A program made the position numbers and the translations under genes. Positions 1 to 9,261 of a DNA stretch of 64,000 bases are shown here, in pieces. Location of the stretch: positions 192,001 through 256,000 of the forward strand of contig JBEPYN010000002.1 in the NCBI GenBank assembly GCA_041641305.1, in the 5' to 3' direction. The first letter of the stretch is position 1, and each line of letters begins with the position of its first letter. This stretch comes from Nitrososphaerota archaeon. GTDB lineage: Archaea > Thermoproteota > Nitrososphaeria_A > Caldarchaeales > Caldarchaeaceae. The notes beneath the pieces were generated by a model. That model was not told the DNA's origin. It did no database searches and saw nothing but the letters and a program-made list of their open reading frames with translations.

Positions 1-257
1 CCCAAGCACATCCAAAGAGGCTAATGATTCTACACATCCTCGCCGACGGGGAGAAATCTGTGGGCGAGCTTGTTGAACAGCTCGGCATCAACCAGTCAAC
101 CGTCTCCCAGCACCTCTCTTTCATGAAACGCACAGGCGTCGTCAAAAGCCGCCGCGCCGGCAACACAGTCTTCTACAGCCTCACCGACCCACGAATAGCA
201 GAAGCATGCAGCATAATTTCACAAGTTGTGCGAGAAAGATTCGCACCCAAACCTTAG
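1..257 (+). CDS. ArsR/SmtB-family HTH transcriptional regulator (5' partial)
   Basis: Frame is open from the window edge (QAHPKRLMIL...); motif SVGELVEQLGINQSTVSQHL...R.G..VFYSL. Confidence 0.85.
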   Translation, partial: QAHPKRLMILHILADGEKSVGELVEQLGINQSTVSQHLSFMKRTGVVKSRRAGNTVFYSLTDPRIAEACSIISQVVRERFAPKP

Positions 258-295
258 CGCGTCTTTTTTAACAACTTTATCCATTTTTCACCGGC

Positions 296-1699
296 TTGAG
301 CGGCGAAGTCGGCCTCATAGGTCTCGGGGTGATGGGTGAAAACCTCGCACGCAACATTGCCTCCAAAGGTTACAGCGTCACTGTTTACAACAGAACAAGG
401 GAGAAGACCGAGAAACTGGTTGAATCGGTGAAACACATTCTGGACATTAGACCATCTTTTAGCTTGGCCGAGCTCGTGTCCAAGCTGGAGAAACCACGCG
501 TCATTATTCTCATGGTTGAGGCGGGCAAAGCGGTTGACAGCGTTTTGGAGGAGCTTGTACCGTTGCTTAGTCCAGGCGATGTTGTCTGCGACTGTGGTAA
601 CTCCTTCTTCAGAGATACTGAGCGTCGTCAGAAGGCTGTCGCCGATAGGGGTGTGTTGTTGATGGGCGTGGGTGTCAGCGGAGGCGAGGAGGGTGCGCTG
701 AAAGGCCCTTCGATAATGGTCGGTGGACCGGTGGAAGGATACCGGGCCACTGAGAAGCTATGGAAAGCGATAGCCGCGAAAGCCGACGGCGAGCCATGCG
801 CAGGCTACATGGGCTCAGGCGGAGCGGGGCACTTCGTCAAAATGGTCCATAACGGCATCGAATACGCCCTGCTCCAGCTCATAGCAGAGACATACGACAT
901 CATGAGCAGAGGCCTCGGCAAATCAGCCGCCGAGATAGGCGAGACCTTCAGCAAATGGAGCAAGGGCCTTCTCTCTTCTTATCTGCTTGAGATAGCCTCG
1001 GACGCGTTGATGGTCAGGGATGAGGAGACAGGTCTTCCGCTTGTGGAGCTCGTTCTCGACAAGGCTGGGCAAAAGGGGACGGGGCGATGGACTGTGCAGA
1101 CCGCGGCCGAGCTGGGGGTGCCTACACCGTCTATTGACGCGGCGGTTGCGGCGCGGAACATCTCAGCCCTCAAAGAGCTACGGCAACTCGCTGCAAAGAA
1201 AACCGGGCCACTGGCAAGCAGGATAACCAGCATCAACATGGTGGAGATGCTTCACGACTCCTATCTCTGCTCAGCAATAGTCAGCTACATCCAAGGCTTC
1301 GCACTCATCAGCCACGGTTCCAAAACATACGGGTACGGAACAGTGCTCGAAGACGTCGCCAAGGTCTGGAGAAACGGATGCATCATACGAGCAGCCCTTC
1401 TCAAAAACTTCAGAGACGCATTCAAAGAAGAAGGAGCCGAAGACGAGTCACTGCTTTTCACCGACACCATACACCAGCTCATACACGACAGAGTCGAGCA
1501 ATGGAAACAGACACTCGCACACACGCACATAGCAGGCATCCCCACACCCGTCTACGACGCTTCACTCAACTACTACCTCTCCCTAACCTCCGAAAAACTC
1601 CCCGCAAACATCATCCAAGCACTCCGCGACAGATTCGGCAGCCACACCTACCAACGAATAGACAAACCAGGCGCCTACCACAGCAGCTGGAAACCGTAA
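296..1699 (+). CDS. gndA: 6-phosphogluconate dehydrogenase, decarboxylating (long NADP-type)
   Basis: GLGVMG Rossmann motif, GHFVKMVHNGIEY, LDKAGQKGTGRW, QALRDRFGSHTY. Confidence 0.95.
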   Translation: MSGEVGLIGLGVMGENLARNIASKGYSVTVYNRTREKTEKLVESVKHILDIRPSFSLAELVSKLEKPRVIILMVEAGKAVDSVLEELVPLLSPGDVVCDCGNSFFRDTERRQKAVADRGVLLMGVGVSGGEEGALKGPSIMVGGPVEGYRATEKLWKAIAAKADGEPCAGYMGSGGAGHFVKMVHNGIEYALLQLIAETYDIMSRGLGKSAAEIGETFSKWSKGLLSSYLLEIASDALMVRDEETGLPLVELVLDKAGQKGTGRWTVQTAAELGVPTPSIDAAVAARNISALKELRQLAAKKTGPLASRITSINMVEMLHDSYLCSAIVSYIQGFALISHGSKTYGYGTVLEDVAKVWRNGCIIRAALLKNFRDAFKEEGAEDESLLFTDTIHQLIHDRVEQWKQTLAHTHIAGIPTPVYDASLNYYLSLTSEKLPANIIQALRDRFGSHTYQRIDKPGAYHSSWKP

Positions 1700-1701
1700 A
1701 A

Positions 1702-1731
1702 GTTACCTAGGTAACCAGTTACCTAGGTAAC
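1702..1731. promoter_or_regulatory. Two tandem perfect 14-bp palindromes GTTACCTAGGTAAC (1702-1715, 1718-1731); probable operator
   Basis: Read directly; ends 1 bp before ATG at 1733. Confidence 0.6.
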
Positions 1732-1732
1732 C

Positions 1733-2707
1733 ATGCTGTTCGACCTAAAGCCTAAGGAGAGTCGCAGAGACCTTTTTGGGAGGGATGAGGAGTTCTCGGA
1801 ACTTGTGCGTCTTGTCGAAAGTGGTGTGTGGGTTGTTGTTTTGGGTAAGAGGATGACTGGGAAAACTTCTCTTGTGTAGACCTTGGCACGTGCAAAAAAT
1901 GGGCTTTATGTCAATTTGTTGGGTGCACGTGGACTGGACACAGTTGTGGAGAGGATTGCGTCGTCTGCCGGGCTTCATCTTCAAGAATTTGGCTTAGACT
2001 TGGGCTTGGTAAATGTTAAATGGAGTAACACGGCCTCCAATATCCTGGAAAGGATAGGAGATAAACCGCTTGTGCTCGACGAGGTTCAGGACGTTGCGTC
2101 AGCTCATTTTCTAAAAATATTGAAGAACGTGTGGGACTCTTATGGCCGGCTACGGATAGTTTTTACCGGGAGCTATGTGGGAATAATGCGCAACCTACTT
2201 GAGCCCTCTCCAAGTTCGCCTTTCTACGGGAGAAAACCGGCTGTGATTACTCTTACTCCATTTTCCAAGGAAAAGTCAACAGAGTTTTTGCGCAGAGGGT
2301 TTAGACAGGCAGGGATCACTCCGCGGGAAAGCGAGCTGGAAGAGGTTGTGGAGCAGCTTAACGGATACGTAGGCTGGCTCACCTACTATGGACATTTCAG
2401 ATGTATTCAGCGTAAAAGCCATCGTGAAGCCCTCGATGCAACCATTAATGAAGGAGAGAAAATCATGCTTGATGAGCTGCGGAATTTTCTGAGAAACAGG
2501 AGGAAAGAGCATTACATACGTGTTTTGAGGCTGGTGCGTTACGGCGCCAGATGGAGCGAGATCAAGTCGGCGACAGGCCTCAATAGTAAAGTCCTCGCCG
2601 ACGTTCTGAAAAACCTCAAATCAGCTATGCTGATAGATGAGGAAAACGGCGTCTACAGGATAAACGATTTCATAACACGGAAAGCTGTAAACAGGCTTCG
2701 CGTGTAG
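1733..2707 (+). pseudogene. Archaeal P-loop ATPase (ATPase_2-like, C-terminal wHTH) interrupted by an in-frame TAG at 1877-1879
   Basis: ATG 1733 gives MLFDLKPKESRRDLFGRDEE...GKRMTGKTSLV*TLARAK, in frame with ORF 1883-2707 (Walker B LVLDEVQ, FTGS, YGR). Confidence 0.85.
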
Positions 2708-2747
2708 GGAGCATTTAATACGGGGTTTCCCGGAGACTCTGTGGGTT

Positions 2748-4307
2748 ATGGTCGAGACTTTGGCTCACCGCGGAGAAGACATTGTGTACAGGGCCATTTC
2801 TCCCAGCGAGTTTTTCTACAAGAACAGGGACATCGCCGGCTTCAGCAGCCCAGCCAGAAGCCTCTACATGAGCATCCGCGAGCTTGTGGAGAACTCGTTG
2901 GACGCGGCGGAGGCGGGTCGCATACTCCCCGAGATACTTGTTGAGCTGAGCGAGGAGGATGCGGAGAGGAACATTTACCGTTTGAAGGTTGTGGACAATG
3001 GAATAGGTGTACCCGGCGACAAGATTCCCTCAGCGTTTGCGACGGTGCTCTACGGCAGCAAATACGGGTTCAAACAGTCGCGTGGAACCTTCGGCCTCGG
3101 CGGAACAATGGCCCTTCTCTATGGCCAGATCACGACAAACAAGCCGGCTAAAGTGATGTCCAGCACCGACGGCAAAACCCTCTACGTTTATGAGTTGATG
3201 ATAGACGTTGTGGAGAACAAACCTCGGATAATAAGCTCCGAGAAGAGGCCGAGTCCCGGAGGCTGGCGGGGCACTTCTGTCGAGTTTAGCCTCGAGGCTG
3301 ATTATCCGGGTGCACGGGCTAAAATCCTCGACTACATCAAGCACACGGCCATCGTCAACCCACACGCCACCCTCACATTTGTCGACAGCAGAGGCCGGTT
3401 ATACCATTATCCACGCATGGTTGAGAAGGTGCCTGAGCCGCCGCGGGAGACACTGCCTCATCCGGTGGGCGTGGATGTTGAGATGATGTCGCGCATGCTT
3501 GCTGAGACCAAGGCACGCAACCTCCTCACCTTCCTCACAACCTCTTTCCAGAAAATTGGGCCTAAAACCGCTAAAGAGGTTCTTGAACTGGCTGGGCTGA
3601 AGCCGGAGACCAGCCCGAGGAAATTGAGCCACGAGCAGGTCACAGCTTTGGTCAACGCATTCAAGAGCTACGACAAGTTTAGGCCACCTGACCCCACTCC
3701 GCTCAGCCCCGTTGGAAAAGACTTCCTCGAAGCAGGCATCAAGCGAATCTTCAACCCCGACTTCGTCTACGTCGTGCAGCGTGAGCCATCATCATATAGC
3801 GGCCATCCCTTCATCGTCGAGGCGGCCGTAGCATATGGCGGCACCATACCGGTTACAGAGACCATCATGCTCTTCCGCTTCGCCAACAAGATTCCGCTTC
3901 TCTATGATGAGAGGGCTGATGTTGCGTGGAAGGTTGTTGAGGAGAGGATTGACTGGTCTAACTACAAGGTGCCCAAGCCCGCGCCCCTAGCCGTGTTCAC
4001 AAGCATCTGCTCCACCAAGATACCCTACAAGACCGTCGGCAAAGAAGCCATAGCCGACAGGCCCGAGATAGAACGGGAGCTGACCATGGCGCTCCGCGAA
4101 TGCGGCCGCAACCTCAAACTTTACCTCTCACGCATAGAGAAACGAGAAGCCGCCGCCAAGCGCCTAAGCCTCTACACAAAATACCTCCCCATGATAGCAG
4201 AGTTCGCAGCCAAAACCGCCGGCACACGCAAACCCAACATAAAACCACTCCTCAAAAAACTCGGCATAACCCAACAAGAAGACACAGCAACCAAAACAGA
4301 AACATAG
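2748..4307 (+). CDS. top6B: DNA topoisomerase VI subunit B
   Basis: ISPSEFF, ELVENSLDA, DNGIG, QSRGTFGLG GHKL motifs; RFANKIPLLY. Confidence 0.95.
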   Translation: MVETLAHRGEDIVYRAISPSEFFYKNRDIAGFSSPARSLYMSIRELVENSLDAAEAGRILPEILVELSEEDAERNIYRLKVVDNGIGVPGDKIPSAFATVLYGSKYGFKQSRGTFGLGGTMALLYGQITTNKPAKVMSSTDGKTLYVYELMIDVVENKPRIISSEKRPSPGGWRGTSVEFSLEADYPGARAKILDYIKHTAIVNPHATLTFVDSRGRLYHYPRMVEKVPEPPRETLPHPVGVDVEMMSRMLAETKARNLLTFLTTSFQKIGPKTAKEVLELAGLKPETSPRKLSHEQVTALVNAFKSYDKFRPPDPTPLSPVGKDFLEAGIKRIFNPDFVYVVQREPSSYSGHPFIVEAAVAYGGTIPVTETIMLFRFANKIPLLYDERADVAWKVVEERIDWSNYKVPKPAPLAVFTSICSTKIPYKTVGKEAIADRPEIERELTMALRECGRNLKLYLSRIEKREAAAKRLSLYTKYLPMIAEFAAKTAGTRKPNIKPLLKKLGITQQEDTATKTET

Positions 4308-4544
4308 AAAAACGTTCATCTCAGCGTCATCTAGAACGTTATAGTAATGGGCCATTTCATGGACATAATCAATAATGCTGAGAGTCGCCACACCTATCGC
4401 GAAACAATACTGACATAAGAGCATCATAACCTACAAACAATGCATGCGAAAAATGTATTTCACTCCATTTACGTAGAGGTGAGCGAAGAACAATGTTTAT
4501 TCTCATTGGTGGCGGTTAAACGTCATGTGTTCAAAGTGGTCGGA

Positions 4545-5008
4545 ATGGAAAACCTAGAGAAGCTTTCCGAAAAGGTAGGTCCTCGAACATTCGTCGGTGT
4601 TCCGGAAAAACCCGGGGTTTATGTGGTTAGGTGGGTGGAAAATGGAAAACCGAGAGAGACACCCAGATTTAATGGCATAGATAAAAATGGAATAATTTAC
4701 ATAGGCCGTAGTAAGAACCTTAAATCCCGCATTCGGGAATTTTGGAGGGCGTTAAAAGAAGAAAAATCAGGTGATGAAGAGGGCCCCCATTCTGGGGGAA
4801 ACACGTATTCTTTTTCAAATTCGGAAAGGTAATCAAACGGAAAGACCTTGAGGTAAAGTGGCTTGTATTGAACAATGAAAAAGAAGCTAAGCATGTGGAG
4901 CATTGTCTCATTTACAAATATGTTAGACAATATTTTGACAGGACTCTCCTAAATCTCAATGCGCACCGATGGGGATCAGAAACTGAATGCAGGAAATATC
5001 GGTTATAA
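4545..5008 (+). pseudogene. GIY-YIG-like nuclease with a 1-nt frameshift near 4811-4815
   Basis: PGVY...IYIGRSKNLKSRI in the first frame; the -1 frame continues FGKVIKRKDLEVKW...EAKHVEHCLIYKY...LLNLN to TAA 5006-5008. Confidence 0.65.
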
Positions 5009-5120
5009 CAAGGTTGGTAGGTATTCTACAAAATGGGAGAGCCTTTTGCCTAGCCCCTCTCCAGAGTAACGCTATTGATTGTGAGGCCTTTTTAGGCCTG
5101 TGGTTGGCGAAGGGTTAAGA

Positions 5121-5235
5121 TTATATAGTTCCCGAGGAGTCTTCTTTGAGAGGAGTGAGATTATTGCTTCGCCGGTTTGCTTTCTGAACTCCTCTGTCGA
5201 CGTCTCCTCTACTGTGGGTTTTGTGGTGATGTGGG
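5121..5235 (+). promoter_or_regulatory. Putative leuA promoter and leader: TATA-like TTATATA (5121-5127), mini-ORF (M)RGVRLLLRRFAF* (5146/5155-5187), alternative pairing segments
   Basis: Consecutive Leu codons TTA TTG CTT; AGAGGAGT (5149-5156) complementary to ACTCCTCT (5188-5195) and CTCCTCT (5204-5210). Confidence 0.45.
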
Positions 5236-6759
5236 ATGGCGTGGCGTGATTTTCTCGAGCTGAAGTTACCGGGGAGAGTCTTTGTCTTTGACACGACGTT
5301 GCGTGATGGTGAGCAGACGGCTGGGGCTGCGTTGAGGCCTGCTGACAAGGTTAGGCTGGCTGAGGCGTTGGCAGATCTTGGGGTGGATGTTATCGAGGCA
5401 GGGTTTCCGCCTGTTTCGCTCGGCGAATCCTCGGCCATCAAGGAGATAACGGGCATGGGTCTCGGCGCCAAAGTCTGTGTGCTGTCGAGGTGTGAGAAAG
5501 CCGATATAGACGCCGCCGCAAAAGTGGATCCCGAGTGGATACACGTCTTCATAGCGACCTCCGACATCCATCTCCAGCACAAGCTCCGCCTCACCCGCGA
5601 ACAAGCATACGAAAAAGCCGTCTCAGCCGTAGAATACGCGAAATCATACGGCTTCACCGTACACTTCTCAGCCGAGGACGCGACACGTACAGAGCTGCCG
5701 TTTCTGCTACGTGTCTTCAGGGCAGTCGAGGATGCGGGTGCCGACAGCATCGACATTCCCGACACGGTGGGTACAGCAATACCGTTGGCCATGAAGAAGA
5801 TAGTCACGGAGGTCAAGAACACGGTCAAAGTCCCCGTCGCAGTCCACTGCCACGACGACTTCGGACTCGCGGTGGCGAACTCGTTGGCGGGTGTGGAGGC
5901 GGGTGCCGAGATTGTCCACGCAACCATCAACGGCATAGGCGAGAGAGCTGGAAACGCGAGCTTGGAGGAAATTGTCGCCGCTCTCAGGTTTCTCTACGGT
6001 GTCGAGACCGGAATAAAGTTTGAAAAAATCTTCAGAGTTTCACGGCTTGTGGAGAGGCTCATGGGCATAACTGTGCCAAAGAACAAGGCCATAGTCGGCG
6101 ACAACGCCTTCGCACATGAAAGCGGAATACATGTACACGGCGTCCTCGGCAACCCACGCACCTACGAACCCGTCATGCCTGAAGTCTTCGGAAGAAGACG
6201 CAGAATAGTTTTCGGCAAACACTCGGGAATACACGGGCTCGAAGCCTTCCTCAGAGAATACGGCTTCACCGTAGACCGTGAGAAGGTGTCGCAGATACTT
6301 AGGCGGATCAAGGAGTTCGCCGATTCTGGTGGAAAGGTTTCTGAGGAGATTGTTCTCAACTATGCGGAGGAGGTGTATGGCCGGCGGAGCCAGCAACGCT
6401 CCTATGTCAAAAACCTGTTCCTAATGCTGGCTGGAAACGTTTTCAAGGCTCAGGTTGACTTGATGGTTGCCGGCGAGCTTGTGACAGGAGACGGTGAAGG
6501 GTCATCAGCGGTAGAGGCGGCGTTAAATGCCGTGACAAACGCAGCACGGAGAATCGCAGACTTCGAGGTAATCGACTACAAGATACATTCACCGTTAACA
6601 GGCGGCCAAAGCTCCGAGGCAGAGGTCGTCCTTGGCGTCGGAGGTGTTGAATATGTTGGCCGAGGAATTGGCCCCGACCCTTCGCTAGCCGTTGTCTCGG
6701 CTCTCACGAGCGCGGTTCACCAGTTATTGTTTGAGCAAAGGAGGCTGGAGACAGAATGA
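5236..6759 (+). CDS. leuA: 2-isopropylmalate synthase / citramalate synthase family
   Basis: DTTLRDGEQ, HCHDDFGLA, GIGERAGNA, AHESGIH; ilv/leu context; CimA specificity not excluded. Confidence 0.85.
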   Translation: MAWRDFLELKLPGRVFVFDTTLRDGEQTAGAALRPADKVRLAEALADLGVDVIEAGFPPVSLGESSAIKEITGMGLGAKVCVLSRCEKADIDAAAKVDPEWIHVFIATSDIHLQHKLRLTREQAYEKAVSAVEYAKSYGFTVHFSAEDATRTELPFLLRVFRAVEDAGADSIDIPDTVGTAIPLAMKKIVTEVKNTVKVPVAVHCHDDFGLAVANSLAGVEAGAEIVHATINGIGERAGNASLEEIVAALRFLYGVETGIKFEKIFRVSRLVERLMGITVPKNKAIVGDNAFAHESGIHVHGVLGNPRTYEPVMPEVFGRRRRIVFGKHSGIHGLEAFLREYGFTVDREKVSQILRRIKEFADSGGKVSEEIVLNYAEEVYGRRSQQRSYVKNLFLMLAGNVFKAQVDLMVAGELVTGDGEGSSAVEAALNAVTNAARRIADFEVIDYKIHSPLTGGQSSEAEVVLGVGGVEYVGRGIGPDPSLAVVSALTSAVHQLLFEQRRLETE

Positions 6760-8486
6760 GGGCGGCTGACGCATTAGTCAAGATGATGGAGAAGAAAGGC
6801 GTGGAGTATGTCTTCGGCATACCCGGCGGAGCCAACATGCCCTTCTACGACGCTTTACGCGACTCCGACATCAAGAGTATATTGATGCGGCATGAGCAAC
6901 AGGCTGCTCACGCGGCGGAGGGCTATGGACGGGTTAAGCGGAGACCAGGGGTATGCAGCGGCACATCCGGCCCCGGAGCCACCAACCTGATAACAGGCCT
7001 CGTAGACGCCTACATGGACAGCTCACCCGTCGTCGCGATAACTGGCCAGGTTGTCCGAGCCTTCATGGGCACCGACGCCTTCCAAGAAGCAGACATCGTC
7101 GGCCTCGTCCTACCCCACATCAAATACGCCGTCACCGTCAAAGACCCGCAGAGAGTGCTTCAGGAATTCGTCAACGCCTACAACATTGCAGCACATCACC
7201 GACCCGGTCCCACGCTCCTCGACCTCCCCCGCGACGTCTTCATGGAGGAGGTGGAGGAAAACTATGACATCGAGCCCGAGCCGCTTTTCAAAAGGCCTTT
7301 GCCCGAGCCCGAAATAGAGTCCATCAAGCAGGCGGCGAAGCTGATAGCGGAGGCGGAGAAGCCCGTAATCTTGGTGGGAGGCGGCGCGGTCTACAGCATG
7401 GCTGGAAAAGAAATCCTGGAGCTGGCGGAGCACATCGCGGCACCAATAGTTACGACGACGATGGGAAAGGGAGCTGTTCCCGAGGACCACCCGCTCGTCC
7501 TTGGTGTCGTAGGCATGCATGGCAGAGTGGAGGCGGACCTCGCCATCGTCGAGTCAGACCTCGTCATATGCATCGGCTCAAGACTCTCAGACAGGGCCAT
7601 AGGCCCAGCAAAAGAGTTTGAGAAAAACCGGAAAACCATCCACATAGACATCGACGCCAGCGAGTTTGGAAAAAACGTTCGCCCAACCGTTTCTCTCCCA
7701 GGAGATGCGCGGAAAGTGTTGGGCGAGCTCGTCGAATACACCAAAGCCATCGTGGCACGCAGGCCCGAGTGCCAGTTGGCGAAAAAGCTGCGGGAAATCG
7801 GAGAAGCCTACGAGGAATACATGATGTCCATGGATGACGGCCATGTTCTACATTCTTGGAAAGTTGTCTCCCTGCTGACGGACGCGGTCCCACCCGACAC
7901 GATTGTAACCACAGGGGTTGGACAGCATCAGATGTGGGCCCAGCTTTTCTGGAAAAGCAGGGCGCCGGGAACATGGTTGACCAGCGGAGGCCTTGGAACC
8001 ATGGGGTTCGGCCTGCCAGCCGCTTTCGGCGCAAAAGCAGCAGCACCCGACAGAATTGTGATGAACCTCGACGGCGACGGCAGCTTCCTGATGACCTGCC
8101 AAACCCTCGCATGCGTATCCGATTATGAGTTGCCGGTGATTACGGTGATTTTTGACAACCGTTCCCTCGGGATGGTGAAGCAGTGGCAGGACATGTTCTA
8201 CAACAAACGGTACAAGGACGTCGAATACAATGACCGGACAGACCTTGTCAAGCTCTCCGAGGCTTTTGGCGTCGAGGCGGTTCGGGTTGAAAGCTATGAT
8301 GAGCTGTTGAAGGCTGTGATGCGGGCTGTGAGGACAAACTCGGCCCTAACAGTTGATGTGCCCGTTGACACCGGTGAGCTTGTTTTCCCGATGGTTCCGC
8401 CTGGAAGATGGCTGGAGGATGTGAAGCTACCGCCAGGGTTTGACCTCAGCCAGCGCATGGTGGCCGCGGGGAGAATGTCGACTTGA
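6756..8486 (+). CDS. ilvB: Acetolactate synthase large subunit
   Basis: FGIPGG, RHEQ, TSGPGATN, GTDAFQE, TPP motif GDGSF...N. Confidence 0.95.
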   Translation: MRAADALVKMMEKKGVEYVFGIPGGANMPFYDALRDSDIKSILMRHEQQAAHAAEGYGRVKRRPGVCSGTSGPGATNLITGLVDAYMDSSPVVAITGQVVRAFMGTDAFQEADIVGLVLPHIKYAVTVKDPQRVLQEFVNAYNIAAHHRPGPTLLDLPRDVFMEEVEENYDIEPEPLFKRPLPEPEIESIKQAAKLIAEAEKPVILVGGGAVYSMAGKEILELAEHIAAPIVTTTMGKGAVPEDHPLVLGVVGMHGRVEADLAIVESDLVICIGSRLSDRAIGPAKEFEKNRKTIHIDIDASEFGKNVRPTVSLPGDARKVLGELVEYTKAIVARRPECQLAKKLREIGEAYEEYMMSMDDGHVLHSWKVVSLLTDAVPPDTIVTTGVGQHQMWAQLFWKSRAPGTWLTSGGLGTMGFGLPAAFGAKAAAPDRIVMNLDGDGSFLMTCQTLACVSDYELPVITVIFDNRSLGMVKQWQDMFYNKRYKDVEYNDRTDLVKLSEAFGVEAVRVESYDELLKAVMRAVRTNSALTVDVPVDTGELVFPMVPPGRWLEDVKLPPGFDLSQRMVAAGRMST

Positions 8487-8722
8487 AGTTTCTCCTCTTC
8501 GTCGAGCTCGTCAACAGCCACGACGCAGTCGCCAAAATGATGCTGACAGTCAAGCAGGGCAACCTCTCCATAGAATCCATAAACATACACAAAAGCGGCG
8601 ACGACAAGCTCTCGGCAATCCTCATGCTCGAGGGTGAGGAAAACAAAGCCGAGTGGCTCGCCCACAAACTTCTCAACTTCCCCTACTACAGGTCAACCGC
8701 AATCCTCAAACAAATCAAATGA
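8483..8722 (+). CDS. Acetolactate synthase small regulatory (ACT) subunit
   Basis: 79 aa, ACT-like, overlaps the ilvB stop. Confidence 0.6.
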   Translation: MKFLLFVELVNSHDAVAKMMLTVKQGNLSIESINIHKSGDDKLSAILMLEGEENKAEWLAHKLLNFPYYRSTAILKQIK

Positions 8723-8971
8723 CAGTAACAGGGAGAGAGTGTATCAGATCGGCGGCAGCCTTAACGGTTGTATAACCTATCGGGCGCTTAAACACAGGCT
8801 GCCTTGCGGCTTATCCTCTATTCCTATTACGGCTTTCGAGGTCTTTCTCTGGCTTTGTCTGGGTGCTTCGCGGGTTTTGATGTTGGTTGTTTATAAAAGG
8901 TAAGGCCTACGGCCTACAGCTCGCTCGTCAGGAGTGGCATCCGTATTTTGGACCTGCAATATATTAGGAGC

Positions 8972-9186
8972 TATGGTGATTGGCTCAGGAAGGTCAACAA
9001 TGGAAGAAGGGATGATAAGTCGATATTCGGGGAAGAGCCCCTCTCAAAGAAGACGAGACGGATGAACATAAAGATGGTCCAGAAGGCATTCATATACAAC
9101 CTCCTTCTGAACGCGGCATAAACCCAAGACAGAGCAAGAGCAGCAGGAGGAGAGGGCATAGAACCAAGGGAATTATGCCACACTAC
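8972..9186 (+). mobile_element. IS5/IS903-group-like transposase C-terminal remnant with possible degenerate right terminal repeat
   Basis: 8972-9121 reads YGDWLRKVNNGRR...IFGEEPLSKK...KAFIYNLLL*, resembling the W..K..YG.R...FGE.L.SK...K..YN tail; GAATTATGCCACACTAC at 9170-9186 resembles IS903-type ends. Confidence 0.5.
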
Positions 9187-9261
9187 AAAGCAAATCAATA
9201 GAGAAGAGTACTCTCTGAAGAGGACTAAACGGCTATATCTAAGGATAAGCATGGAGATGTC

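Noticed and set aside
1877-1879. Pyrrolysine or amber read-through
   Set aside because: No pyl genes in the window, and TAG serves as a normal stop in several genes here.
8971-9252. 93-aa minus-strand ORF
   Set aside because: It is antisense to the transposase-like remnant and has no independent support.
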